From the NCBI GenBank assembly GCA_964016885.1, contig OZ024741.1:234050001-234114000 (forward strand): DNA of 64,000 nt. The letters are read 5' to 3'. Positions within the stretch are counted from its first letter, which is position 1, and every line of letters begins with the position of its first letter. Shown one piece after another: positions 39,831 to 53,160 of the stretch. Below the pieces are notes generated by a model that searched no databases, had not been told where the DNA came from, and was given only the letters and a program-made list of their open reading frames with translations. A program made the position numbers and the translations under genes. Source of the stretch: Eledone cirrhosa. Its lineage: Eukaryota.

Positions 39831-41894
39831 ATGTATTCATTTCAACCAGTTTTTCCAATGGGAAATCAACATAATTTCTATGGACAACCTATGTATCCAA
39901 ATAATTACTTGAAATGCCCTGAAAAGCCTTTACTATCAAATGAAAAATCCTACAATGCTCTCGATCATTGCAGAAATGATGAGTCTTCTTTGATGTCACC
40001 ACCTCCATCCTTTGATAGAACCATTGGAAGTGATCAGACCCATGATTCCTATGCTCAAAAACACCCATTGCAGCCACCAAAAGATTTCCAGTGTAGTTTT
40101 TGTAAAAAAGGCTTCTCAAACCAGTTTTTTCTAAAGAACCATGAACTCACCCATACAGGACTGAAACCTTTTGAGTGCAGTTACTGTGGAAAAGCCTTCA
40201 CACAGAAAATCAACCTTAAAAATCATCTGAGAACTCACACTGGAGAGAAACCATTCCAGTGTACAGTTTGTAATAAATCTTTTAGTCAGCGTGGTAATTT
40301 GAAGCTTCACCTTAGGACACACACTGGGGAAAAACCATTTGCCTGTGATGTCTGTGGGAAAGCCTTTTCCCAGAAGATTAATTTAAATGACCATAAAAGA
40401 CTTCACACAGGAGAGCTCTACTATTGTCAGTTCTGCAAAAAGCCATTTTGTAACCAGTTCTTTTTAAAAATACACGAACGTATACACACAGGGGAGCTGT
40501 ATAAATGTACATTCTGTACAAAATCTTTTACTTTACAGATAAATCTGAAAAATCACTTAAGAACACACACAGGAGAGAAACCATTCCAATGTAATGTTTG
40601 CTCAAAAGCTTTTTCTCAAAGGGGAAATTTAAAACTTCATCTTCGAACTCACACTGGAGAGAAACCATTTTCTTGTGAAGTCTGTGGCAAAGCTTTCTCA
40701 CAGAAAATAAACCTGAATGACCATAAAAGACTCCATACTGGTGACCTGTTTTATTGCCAATATTGTAAAAAACCATTTTGTAACCAGTTCTTTTTAAAAA
40801 TTCATGAGAGGATACATACCGGAGAACTATATAAATGTGAAATTTGTAATAAAGAATTTACACAGAAGATCAATCTGAAAAACCACCACAGAACTCACAC
40901 AGGAGAAAAACCATTTCAGTGTAACCTATGTGACAAATCTTTTAGCCAAAGAGGAAATTTAAAACTTCACCTTCGCACTCATGCAGGAGAGAAGCCATAC
41001 TGTTGTGATGTTTGCCCAAAGGTTTTTTCACAGGCAGGTAACTTAAAAACTCATCTGCGTACACATACAGGTGAGAAGCCCTTTAAATGTGACACTTGTG
41101 GAAAGTCTTTTTCTCAGAAAGCCAATCTAAATAACCATAAACGTACTCGTACAGGTTGTGAGCTATTTACAAAGAACCCACAGAATTACCAGTCCAGATC
41201 GCAGTCTACACCTCTTGCTTCTCCCAATGCTGTTCCCCCTGTAATAAACAGTGAAACTCCCACATCTAATTCTCGCCTTCCAAACCAGAATCATGATAAA
41301 TCATCACCTTTTAACTCTTGCACACGAGGCTTAAATCAAAAGTGTTCTTGTCCTAACTGCGAGATGTTCCTAAAAAATCCCCCTTTACCTCAACCACCTT
41401 CAGCGATGTTAAATGAAGGAGGTGAATCAAATACAGAGTCCCTTGACCAAAAAGACCACTCCTTGTTCCCTTCATATCACAGTGAACTTCACAGAGATAA
41501 ACAGCCTCAGCAAGATTCTTTGCCGTCTTTATCACCGCCTCTTCAAAAGGTTCCTATGAAAGTCAACCCAACAAGCTCACCACACCCCACTCCTATGTTC
41601 TTCCCACATCATCGAGATTCTCAGATACCTTCTTCTCGCTTACAGACCCCTTCGATTCCAGTTTCTCATACATCCACCCCAGCATATCTGCACGAAATGC
41701 CACAAAGTTGGGAGAGCAACTATTTGTGGTCTAGAGGGTACCCTATGCCTCCTTTGCTTGGTTCTAGCTGGCCTAGCGTTCCTTCAAGCTATTCTTGTGG
41801 GGTCAAGCAAAGTAAACAAACTCCCTGGAACAATATCCAAGGCATTCATGCACCTTCTAAGAGTAACCCTGATATCTACGGCATGGAAAAGTAA
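39831..41894 (+). CDS. C2H2 zinc-finger protein, 687 aa: 12 canonical fingers, 1 degenerate finger, Pro/Ser-rich C-terminus
   Basis: Uninterrupted ORF with CxxC-x12-HxxxH repeats and TGEKP linkers; polypyrimidine-AG acceptor-like sites at 39547 and 39738 suggest upstream non-coding exon(s). Confidence 0.96.
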   Translation: MYSFQPVFPMGNQHNFYGQPMYPNNYLKCPEKPLLSNEKSYNALDHCRNDESSLMSPPPSFDRTIGSDQTHDSYAQKHPLQPPKDFQCSFCKKGFSNQFFLKNHELTHTGLKPFECSYCGKAFTQKINLKNHLRTHTGEKPFQCTVCNKSFSQRGNLKLHLRTHTGEKPFACDVCGKAFSQKINLNDHKRLHTGELYYCQFCKKPFCNQFFLKIHERIHTGELYKCTFCTKSFTLQINLKNHLRTHTGEKPFQCNVCSKAFSQRGNLKLHLRTHTGEKPFSCEVCGKAFSQKINLNDHKRLHTGDLFYCQYCKKPFCNQFFLKIHERIHTGELYKCEICNKEFTQKINLKNHHRTHTGEKPFQCNLCDKSFSQRGNLKLHLRTHAGEKPYCCDVCPKVFSQAGNLKTHLRTHTGEKPFKCDTCGKSFSQKANLNNHKRTRTGCELFTKNPQNYQSRSQSTPLASPNAVPPVINSETPTSNSRLPNQNHDKSSPFNSCTRGLNQKCSCPNCEMFLKNPPLPQPPSAMLNEGGESNTESLDQKDHSLFPSYHSELHRDKQPQQDSLPSLSPPLQKVPMKVNPTSSPHPTPMFFPHHRDSQIPSSRLQTPSIPVSHTSTPAYLHEMPQSWESNYLWSRGYPMPPLLGSSWPSVPSSYSCGVKQSKQTPWNNIQGIHAPSKSNPDIYGMEK

Positions 41895-41949
41895 AAACCA
41901 CTAGTGAGCTCAATTTTAATTCAAATTAATACCACACTATTTATATACT

Positions 41950-42638
<689 letters not shown>

Positions 42639-42805
42639 GACTAGAACTGTTTCATTCTTTAGAAATCATCAGGGATTCCTGATGATTTCAGGAAACAGTT
42701 CTAGTCCTGTAGAATCTCATCTATATTAAAACTTTTATACTCTGGTATGTATTGAGTACCTTACTTACTGTGGTTACCTCCGATTCAACCCAGAATAACA
42801 TACCT
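42639..42805 (+). mobile_element. Second family A element: short inverted arm, HHR (42672-42718) and tail, in (TA)n
   Basis: GGGAUUC CUGAUGA UUUCAG GAA ACAG-uucuaguc-CUGU A GAAUCUC; tail nearly identical to 18661-18730. Confidence 0.82.
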
Positions 42806-42811
42806 CTATAC

Positions 42812-42859
<48 letters not shown>

Positions 42860-42886
42860 ATATATATATATATATATGTATCTATA

Positions 42887-42945
<59 letters not shown>

Positions 42946-44119
42946 TAACCTTACAAACACCACCACCCTTTCATATTTCAAAATGCTTCACTTTATTAGT
43001 TTACAAAAAAAGAACAACAAAAAGAAACACAAAAAACAAACAAACAACAAAAGACCAAACTTCTCTCTATGTTACCCATGTGAACTGAATAATAGTGTAG
43101 ACCCTACTAACAGTGCAGGTTAATATATAATATCCTGCACTTATATACGGCCTATTCATAGAGACTGAAATAACTGCGCAAAACCAGGTGCTTCTTGCGC
43201 TCTTCCTCCTCTTCTTTTCCTTTCATTTTGTTGTATTTTCACCGTTTTATGTCCATTTGTTCATGTTGGCTTGGGTGGGAGGGGGATGTTCTTTGTTTTT
43301 TTTATTGTTTTTTTTTAACCATTGCCAATATAGATGCTAGCAAGCCATGTGGTGCTGCTTAAGTTAGCAGTGATTTGAACCTCTAACTGCTGAAACGTCT
43401 ACCTGAGTTTACCTGGAATTAACTGAGGTTTATTGTTGAACTGCTCAAGTGAGTATTTTCACAGTTCAGTACCCGTTTCTAGTGGTGTAATACCTGTAAA
43501 GTAACATGTCTTGCTTAATGGAGCGTGAAACATTGGTTGTGGCAGTGTTTGACCTCACAAAGCTTTCACCAATAATATCAACCTTATATGCACACACAGA
43601 CACACATACACGTGCACACATGCACACATACATGCATGCACTCACACACATACAGATACACATGCACACACATACATATACACACATATACGCATGCACA
43701 CATACAAACATGCCTACACATGCATACATGCACACACATACACACATATGCACACAGACATATGAATACACACACATGCACACTCATACAAATACATGCA
43801 TACATGTATACATGTGTATACCTTAATTAGTTTATACTGATTTACATAAAACTGAGGGGACTAGTATTTTAAAAACTTGATACTCTACAGAGTTGCACAA
43901 CATGCTAGAAATAGCAGCTTGATCTCTGTCAAGTTGCAACGTACTATCTTAAAAAATAAAGAACACATTGGATAATGTAGTCCCCAAAAAGACAGGATGA
44001 TAATGATTGGAACATCTTTGATCATAAGACTGCTGGATCAGAGTTGTCTTGGGGCTAACTATAATACAACCTTGTTCTTAACTCCTATGGGTTTTGTCAT
44101 TTTGTTTTTAAGGGTTTAA

Positions 44120-44525
44120 TCAGAGGAGGAATAGCAGTGCCCGTGACACCATTTCAGGATCTCTGAGATTGGTGGGAGGAAAGGAAGTAATCCTCAGATC
44201 AGGCACCTGGCCAGAATGCTTGGAATAGAGTGGATTCTGCTAAAAGGCACCCGTGGGCCAGGTGGTGATTTTAAACTGGGCAACAGATTAAGTCTACCCT
44301 TTCCCAAAGGCCATGTGGTGGTGTTAAACTGGGCAACAGATTAAGTCTGCTCTACAAAAGCCAGGTGGTAGTGTTAAACTGGGCAACAAATAAAATCTAA
44401 CCCCCCCCCCCCTCCTTCCTTCAAAGGCCAGGTGTTGGTCTTAAACTGAGCAACCCACTAAGTCTACCCCCTCTCAAGGGCCATGTGGTGGTGTGAGGTG
44501 TTAAACTCAGCAATGGATTATGTTT
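44120..44525 (+). repeat. Dispersed repeat with an internal ~50-60-bp tandem array; inverted homolog 50265-50560, partial 62110-62210
   Basis: GGCCAGGTGGTGGTGTTAAACTGGGCAACAGATTAAGTCT about 5 times; shared GAATGCTTG...AGTGGA flank. Confidence 0.65.
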
Positions 44526-45194
44526 GACCTCTTTCAATAAATGTTCATTGCCATATTTACATCTTTAACACAATTTACTTGACCAAGACTTTCAAACTTT
44601 GGGTTAGGTGCTTTGCTGGCAACCCAGTCTAACACTTTTCTGTTCTGACTGAGTTTAAATTCTGTTGGGAACAAAACGACCTGCCTTCATAAGTACAATC
44701 TTGATGAAATAGGTATCAGTATTATTCTTGGATTGACTCAATTGTTTATACTCCTAATATTAGAAAAGTATTAGCCTGTATGTGTTCAAAAGCAATCAAT
44801 GTTTACTCTTCAAGCTGTATAAATGAACTACAGTCACAAGAAAATATGTATTGGATTGAGCTGTATGTATGTATATACCTGTAGCTCTTGATGGAGTTTT
44901 AGGGGTGCCATCATAACATACAGTGTTTCTTGGGCATTATAAACTGAGTGTAGCCCATCCTTTCTTTATGTCTGAACACAGCTCATTTCTTCCAGAAGAG
45001 AAGAGCAAGTGGTAGAGAGGAGGTGAGAAAGAGCGGAAAAATCGACCCAATACAAGACTGGTATTTTATTTATCGACCTTGAATGGATAAATGACAAAGT
45101 TGACCATGACAGAATTTGAATTCTAATTCTAATGGCTCTGCCAATTCACTGCCCTGGATTGATCTGCCTGGTGATATTAAATATTAGGACTTTA

Positions 45195-45545
45195 CATGAT
45201 GGTCACAAATTATGAATTGAACCCATCTAAAGTAAGGACTAGACACTGCAATAGCTTGGGGATCAAAGGACTCCCAGTTCTTTGATATCTTGCAAAAAAA
45301 ACTGAGAGATCTACATAATGTGGATGTAGATATTTTCAAAAAGCATCTTGACATTCTGCAGTCTGTGACACCAGATAAGCTTACATTGTGGCAAGAAATA
45401 CAAATGAGGGTAGCAATGTCAAACTGCTGCATTCACCAATGGCCAATCAAGGAAGGGTATTTTTAAAAAAGTGTAGCAATAATGGTGGCATCCCAACATG
45501 GCCATAGTTAATGGGCTAGAACAGGAGAAAGAGAGTAAAGAGTGA
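45195..45545 (+). mobile_element. Decayed 3' end of the same CR1/L2-group LINE
   Basis: Similar to 37970-38325. Confidence 0.75.
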
Positions 45546-47578
45546 CTAACCAATGATCATTTAGAAGTCTTTGTCAATTTCAGAATGGTCACAAAATATG
45601 AAGTGTCCAGCCAGCAGTTATTAGGACATTTCAATTTATAATAGACATTGAATGATAGTCAAAAAACATGGTTTGTTATACCACTTCAATTTCATTATTG
45701 ATTCAATACAGTAGTTTCAAGATTTAGAATAATTTGCTTTGTTGTCCCACAAGCTGAAGGTTTCAAATTACTGGCTGCTTTCTGATAGGTTTATCATCAA
45801 CCCTAGAGCTGTAGATACATCTGGTGTCCTGGCCCCCAAACCTCCCTACTCACTACAAGTGGAATAGAGGTGGGTGTCTGCAAGACACCCACCAGCTGGG
45901 GGTATTACAATTTGCAATTCTGTCCAATGGGACAATGAAGCAACATCTATCTGATGTTTTGCAAAGGACATGAGGGAGTAATATTATCAGTTTAGGGTTT
46001 TTTTATATATGGTCACAGATGTTAAAAATACCTGTCAAAATCTCTATTATAGTGTACCCAACTCAAACAGCTTAGCTGTTGAAAGAAACTATATTAAACA
46101 AATGACCACTACTCCTCTAACATCAGTGAGAGGATGATGTTGTTGCTGTGCTCTATACATAAAATTTTTATCATTATCGTCATCGCTGTTATAATCATCA
46201 TCATTGTCAATGTCATTGTTATTGTTGTCAGTATTATCGTCAATAGTTACTCTCGTCATTGTTATCGCCACTACTGTTTTCATTGCCATTGTTGTCTTCA
46301 CCAGCACACAGACACACACACATATATGAATATATATATATATATGACAGCCTCCCTAGTGTTGGTGATTTACATGATAAACAACCACACAGTACACACT
46401 GTAAAGTGGTTGGTGATATGAAGGGCATCCAGCTGTAGAAAACCTGCAAATCAAATGGTCATCGGGAAGACTCTTCAGCTATTCCATGGTCATGACAATT
46501 TCCTTAGTGTTCGTGTCACTATAAAAGGCACTTGGTAGAGCATGGGAGCATATGTCAAGATCCTGGCTTGTCTGGAGGTCAGACGCTCCACTTAAGTACT
46601 GACTGATCTCTAACAACATGTAAACATTTGTTAGCAGTGAAAAATAGACATTAAACATTGATGATAATGATGATGACATATATATATATATTTGAATGCA
46701 TGTATATATATATATATATATATATATTTGAATGCATGTATATATATATATATATATATATATATTTGCATATACATAGAAATGAACACATACACTCCAA
46801 TACATGTGAATGTGAATATGAACAATGCATATATATATATATATTCATCACCATCACCAGTATCCCCATCATCATCATCATAGCCATAACAACCACACCA
46901 CCACCACCACTAACAACAACAACAACAACAACAGCATTGATGACAACAACACCTTTGTCAACACTATCATTACTTCCATCATCTATATTATTACAACCAT
47001 CATTAACACCATCATCATCATCACTATCCTTATCTCATTAATGACAATTAATTACTCTTATTTATTATTCAGAGAGGTCATCAGCATCATTATCATTATT
47101 GGCATAATCATTTCCTTCCCCCATACTCATCAAAAATGTCATTATCATTGGGAATTATTATCATCATATCATCATTATCATAATCCTACACCTCCTACAC
47201 CTCCTCCTCCTCATCATCATCATCATCATCTAGCAAGCTAAATAATAATTTGTTTTCCATATAGTTTTCCAGGCATACTTTTTCCTTTTTTTTTTACCTA
47301 TAGGTAAAATAAATAAAATTAACTTAGTGTACCTCAGTATATAGCTGGTATCAACTCTCACCTCCCCAAGAGGGTTTAAATGCTAACTGACTTCTTTTGA
47401 AAGACACTGAAATCATCATCATCATGTTTACATCCGCTCCTCTATGCTTACATGGGTTAAACAGGTCCTTCTCAGTATGGCATCTCTCCACACATTGTGA
47501 GCCTCTGTGAGTCTCAGTGAAATCACGAGAGTTTAATTAAGTTTTAAGCTAGAATATAATTAAGGAATTAGTAACATA

Positions 47579-48837
47579 TTAAATTGGACAGAAAGTACTT
47601 GCTGTTTTTTCAAATTTTCATTGACTTAAGCATTTTTTTAACATTATGAAAATTTTACAAGTCAAAATAATCAACATCCTTTGCAATTATGATTACCTTC
47701 TGCCATCTTTTAGGAAGGCACATGATTCCATCCCTGTAGAATTTTTCTGGCTTTGATGCAAAGAATTCCATCAGCTAATGATATAACTGGTCTTCATTGG
47801 TGAAACTCTTTCACTGCATTGCATTGTTCATTGAAGGAAAAAGGTGATAGTCTGTAGGCGTGAGGTCAGGAAAATATGGCAGGTGGGGCAGAACCTCCCA
47901 ACCTAAATCCAGCATCTTCTCACAGATCATCCTTGATATGTGCAGCCAAACGTTATTATGAAGGAATTGAACGAGACCATGGTATGGGTGCATGCACCTA
48001 TGTGAGTTTTGCCACCAATTTGTCAAGTTGTTGGCAATATATGTCAGCGGTTATGTCGATTTTCGGTGGGAGCAGCTCATTGTGGATGATACCTTTCTGG
48101 TCCTGGCAGATGCTGAGTAAGGCCTTGTGAGGGTGAAGAGGGTGGAGGCCAGCCTTTGATTGCCATTGTGCTACACTCTCTTTATCAACCCACGATCGCT
48201 TGCACTTGACTTTAATGTAGAGATACCATTTTTCATCATTAGTGATAATGGAATGTAACTAGCTGGTTGTGCAATGGTAGGAGAGCAGAGAAATCACAGC
48301 TACCACCCGACATTTATGATTATGGTCAGTCAGATTGTGGGGCACCCATTGGTCAAGCTTGGACACTTTCCATATTGTTTGTAAGTGATTGAGAATGGTT
48401 GTTTTTGATGCCCAAAGCACTTAGGAGAGTTTACATGACATCTGGCATGGGTTGCTTTCCACCAGTTCATGCAGTTGCTTGTCATTGAAGTCAGATAGAA
48501 GTCCTGTTCGAGGTCGATCTTCAAGACTGTAATTACCAGAAGAGAAGCACGTGAACCAGTCCCTGGTACTGCATTCAGACATGGTGTGTGAATGTGACGA
48601 CTTGATGCTACTGTGCATAGGCCACACTTGAAGTCATAAAACAAACAGCCACGAATAAACGATTTGGATAGATGCATGTTGCTTCCCCTTTGTCAGTGTA
48701 ACAGAAAATGAGAAATGCAAGTGCATACCAACATCACTTGTTATATATGTGTGCATGTGCAACCAACAACATTTCCAGAAAACTCTACAGAAGATGCCTC
48801 TGTTTGAAAAACGGCAGGAAATTTCTGTCCAACCCAA
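47579..48837 (-). mobile_element. Full-length (~1.26 kb) decayed mariner (DD34D) transposon
   Basis: TIRs TTAAATTGGACAGAAA / TTTCTGTCCAACCCAA with TA flanks; IRGCLFYDFK, LEDRPRTG, LGWEVLPHLPYFPDLTPTDYHLF. Confidence 0.92.
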
Positions 48838-49599
48838 TATAATTAATTATTTCTTCTTATGAAGGTGTGAGTGGGGCTGTGATGCATTTATTAGTTTTAA
48901 CTAGACACAGCTGACTCTGTAACTACAGTTAATAACTATAGGACGGATGACTGAGTGAATAAGATATTGATTTATAATTTAGGCACAAGGCCAATGCTTT
49001 AAGAGGAGAGGAAAATTGATTACATTGACCCCAATATATGACTATATTGACCCATAATTCCTGATAGAATTGTAGAAGTGTCATAGTGACATACAGTGGG
49101 TCTTGGGCATTTAAAAATCTAGTGGAGCCAATCTCCCCCACCCCCACCCCAGGTCTGAATATAGCAGGTTTCTTCCAGAGAAGGAGTGAAAGTGATATAG
49201 AGGAACAATTGACCCCAGTACTGGACTGTTATATTTTTATCGCCCTTGAAAGGATGAAAGGTAAAGTTGACCTCAGTAAGATTTGAACACAGAGCTCAGA
49301 GATCCAAAACAAATACCACAAAACACTCTGTCCAATGTTCTAATGATTCTGCTAATTCACTGCCTATTATGTTTATATATAAAAACACCTAATTCTATAT
49401 TGTTTCAGTCTGCCTAGCTGGGGTGTGCTGTGGTTAAGATAGGTACCAGATTGTATGGGAATGTGATTTGTGATAGACTGGTTTCTTATCCAGGTGATCT
49501 ATCTCACCTATTTAACAGCATGAAAACAAGCTGATCCCTAACTCTTAGAAATCGCCCACCCACCCCTATCCTAGGTTTTAAGAGACAAACATTCACTTT

Positions 49600-51605
49600 G
49601 TTAACCCAAGAACTTTCTGGTTGGACAAAATGCCTTATAGTATTTGTTTCAGCTGTCTACAATCTAAGTTCAAATCTTGCTGTGGTCAACTTTGTCTTTC
49701 AACCTTCCCAAGCTGTGGATTCACAGAATTGTTAAAGCACTGAACAAGATGCCGTGTGGTATTTGTTCCAGCTCTTTGCTTTGTGAATTCAAATCTCTTT
49801 GTGTCTTCTTAAGTGTCTTCTACCATAGCCTTGGGTTAATTGAAACTTTCTGAGTAAAATTTGGTAGACGAAAACTATATGCAACACAGAGCTTGTTCTT
49901 AGATGGTAGACATAATCTGTTGTCTAGTTTAGCACCAGGCTGCTAATTGGCAGAGTTGTTAGAACATTGAATAGAATGTTTTGCAGTATTTGTTCTGGTT
50001 CTCTGCACTCTGAATTCAAATCCTGCCAAGGTCAATAAAAGGTACCAGTCCAGTACTCAGATCGATTCTTCCGCTTTATCTATTTCTCACCTTCTGTCTA
50101 TCACTCTCTCTCTTTCTCTGGAAGAAATCAGCTGTATTCACACCTGGAGAGGAATAGTCTCTGCCAAGTTTTAAAATGCCTAAGAAATGTTGTATGTCAT
50201 CACAGTACCTCTGTTACTTTACTAGGAGTTACAGGTCCATATATACAATACAAGATTAATGTCACCACCTCACTTTTGGATGGTAGACTTAATCCATTAC
50301 CTGGTTTAACACCACCACCTGGCTCTTGGTGAGGTAAACTTAAACCATTGCCTAGTTTAATGCTACCATCTGGCCCTTGGTGTGGTTGATTGAATCCATT
50401 GCTCAGTTTAACATCTCTACCTGTCATTGAGTGTCTTCAGTCCACTATGCTGCAAGCATTCAGACTGAGCCTCCTATTTGAGGATACTTTCTTCCCTCCC
50501 ATTTACTAGCTTTTCTTGGAGCCTCTGAAAAGAGTCATGGGCACTGCTCTTCCCCTTCCCCTTCACTAAACAGTGACAAAAAATGTCAACCATAGTGAGA
50601 AGTGAAGTATCAAAATAAAAACAGTAAAGCATGCACCTAAGAGTCAGTCATTTTTGCTAATCCCATTAACCTGTTGATATGTCAAGTTAAACATCATGCA
50701 ATCTTATTTACCTTATCACACAATAAATCTGTTGACTTGAGACTGAGTAACAAATCCATCTTATTATTATCGGGGCAGTGGATTAGTGGTCTCAGTAGAG
50801 CAATGGACAACATGCTTTGCAGTATATAGTTACATCCCTTTACGTTCTAAGTTCAAATCCTACCAAGATTAGCTTTGCCTATCATCTGTATGGGGTCAAT
50901 AAAATAAAGTACCAACAATGCACTGGGGTTGATTTAATGGACTTTTCCTTTCCCTTCAAATTGCTGGCATTTTGCCAAAAGTAGAAACAATTATTAGTAA
51001 TATTATTGTGACATATAGTTACAGCCCTTTACCGTCTGAGTTCAAATCCCACTGAGGTTAGCTTTGCCTTTCATCCTTATGAGGTTGATAAACTAAAGTA
51101 TCAGAAATGCATTAGGGTCGATTTAATTGACTTTTCCCTTCTCCTTTAAATTGATGGCCTTGTGACAAAAGTAGAAAGAATTATTATTGTTTATTACCGG
51201 AATCAGTAGAACATCAGACAAAATGCTTCATGGTGTTTGTTCCATTTTTTCTTACATTCTGAGTTCAAACCCTGCCAAAGTCAATTTTGCCTCTCATCTT
51301 TCTAGGGGTCAATAAAATGAAGTACCAATGAAGTACTGAAGTCAACTTAATTTTCTGGCCATGTGTCTAAATTAGAAACCATTATTATTATTATATAAAG
51401 GCGGTGGATTGGCAGTATCGGTAAAGGGTCGGATGCCATGCTTTCCAGCATAGCTATGTCCCTTAACAATCTGAGTTCAAATCCTGCCGAGGTTGACTTT
51501 GCCTTTCATCCTTACGGGGTCGATAAAATAAAGTACCAGTAATGCACTGAGTAATTGCTGGCCTTGTGCCTAAAGTAGAAACAATTATTATTATTATTAT
51601 TATTT
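49600..51605 (+). mobile_element. Cluster of plus-oriented tRNA-derived SINEs; best full copy 51399-51605
   Basis: A-box-like TGGCAGTATCGG, B-box GAGTTCAAATCC, conserved body, (ATT)n tail. Confidence 0.88.
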
Positions 51606-52149
51606 TTTTTTTTTTATAAAGAAGGAGGCCAGCTTTTGTTTGCAGATGAAGTTGATTGACTCAAGGTCCATGTATTATCAACTTTGGCATGATCATCATC
51701 CTCATCATTTTACATCCATTTTACCATTCTTGCTTACAAGGCCTTGCAAATTTGTTGATAAGCCCAGGTCAGATGTGAAACAGCCCATATTTCCACTGCT
51801 TATAGGTTAATGGCAGATGTAAAATATAGTCCCATGTTAACTGACCCCCATCACCACCACCACCACCACTACTCCCTCTGTTATGACCTGTTTTCTTGAG
51901 TTTGAAGGGTCTTCTAAATAGTAAAATTACTTCTGGCAGGAATTAAACTCAGGATAAAGAAATATGAATCTAGGTGTGCCCCATTACCAAAATTATATCT
52001 GAAATTATCTGCCTCAACTAGAATTTATACCTATTCCTATTCATGTGAAAAATTACATGTAGCTGATGATTGAGCACATACACAATTGTACACTTTACAA
52101 GCTAAAAAATATCATAAATATCAATCAGATAAATATTTATAACCACAAT

Positions 52150-52726
52150 AAAATTTAAAATTAAACAAAATTTAACTACTGGAAATATAAAACTTCTCAT
52201 CTTCTATGACCTCATTAAGATGCACAAACTCAGACTTAAAATAAAAATTAGAGTCATTGTCTCTAGCATAGAAGGGCCCTTATTTAAAATATCCTGTGTT
52301 CTGTTCAAAATCCTCAAACCTCTATACATTCCCCAGATACATCAACATCTCCAACAGTATCAATTGCAGATTCAATGGTCTGGATCACATCACAATTAAA
52401 AAATAATAGATATGCCTTTAGCCTAGATGTTATTCCTGTACCTGCTCTCCCAGTCACATCATTTCTTATAACCTCTACTGCTTCTGCTTCACATCCTTGG
52501 ATATTCACCAGTTCCTGTCTCTACAAACAAATCTGTATTAATTATGGGGCCAAATCTACCAAGTTTACTAGACATCACATATATGGTTCTGTTAGGATGT
52601 AGAGTTGTCTTCTCCAGATATAAGAAAGATAGCATTATGTCGAATTATTGTCAAGAGGCAAACAGTCTATAAGGCATGTTCAATGACCACATAGACTTTG
52701 AAGTGGAACATCCCAATGGCACTAGA

Positions 52727-52757
<31 letters not shown>

Positions 52758-53160
52758 CTGATTCAAAATCACAGAATTGTTATCTATAGAAGTCTGCTTG
52801 TACATTACCTATCAGTACCACTAACCAGTGCCAAGGCTGCCTATATATGGAATGAAATCTTCCATACAAGTAACAGATGTAATGAAACAGGAGAGAGAAC
52901 TACTAACACTAAACAGTTTTAAATAGTACAAACAGCTATACAGCATCCTTCAGTAGGCTTTGGCTTTGTAATAAATCCCCTAAAGAATTTTGTTAACTCA
53001 GGCAGAAGAACTTGCTTTCTAAATATGTCAATAGAATCACTGCTGCAATCCACAAGGCAATTAGTAAAACATATAAGTATCATATTCTAGGCCTTTCACA
53101 AGAAAATGACTGTTTGGGAATTAGTCCCATATGGAACTATGGATGCACACTGCCCTATTG
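52150..53160 (-). mobile_element. Highly decayed CR1-like LINE RT fragment
   Basis: Remnant RT-like motifs on the minus strand with many stops and frameshifts. Confidence 0.45.

Noticed and set aside
51399-51490. tRNA gene
   Set aside because: The A/B-box region is a SINE head with extended spacing and no cloverleaf
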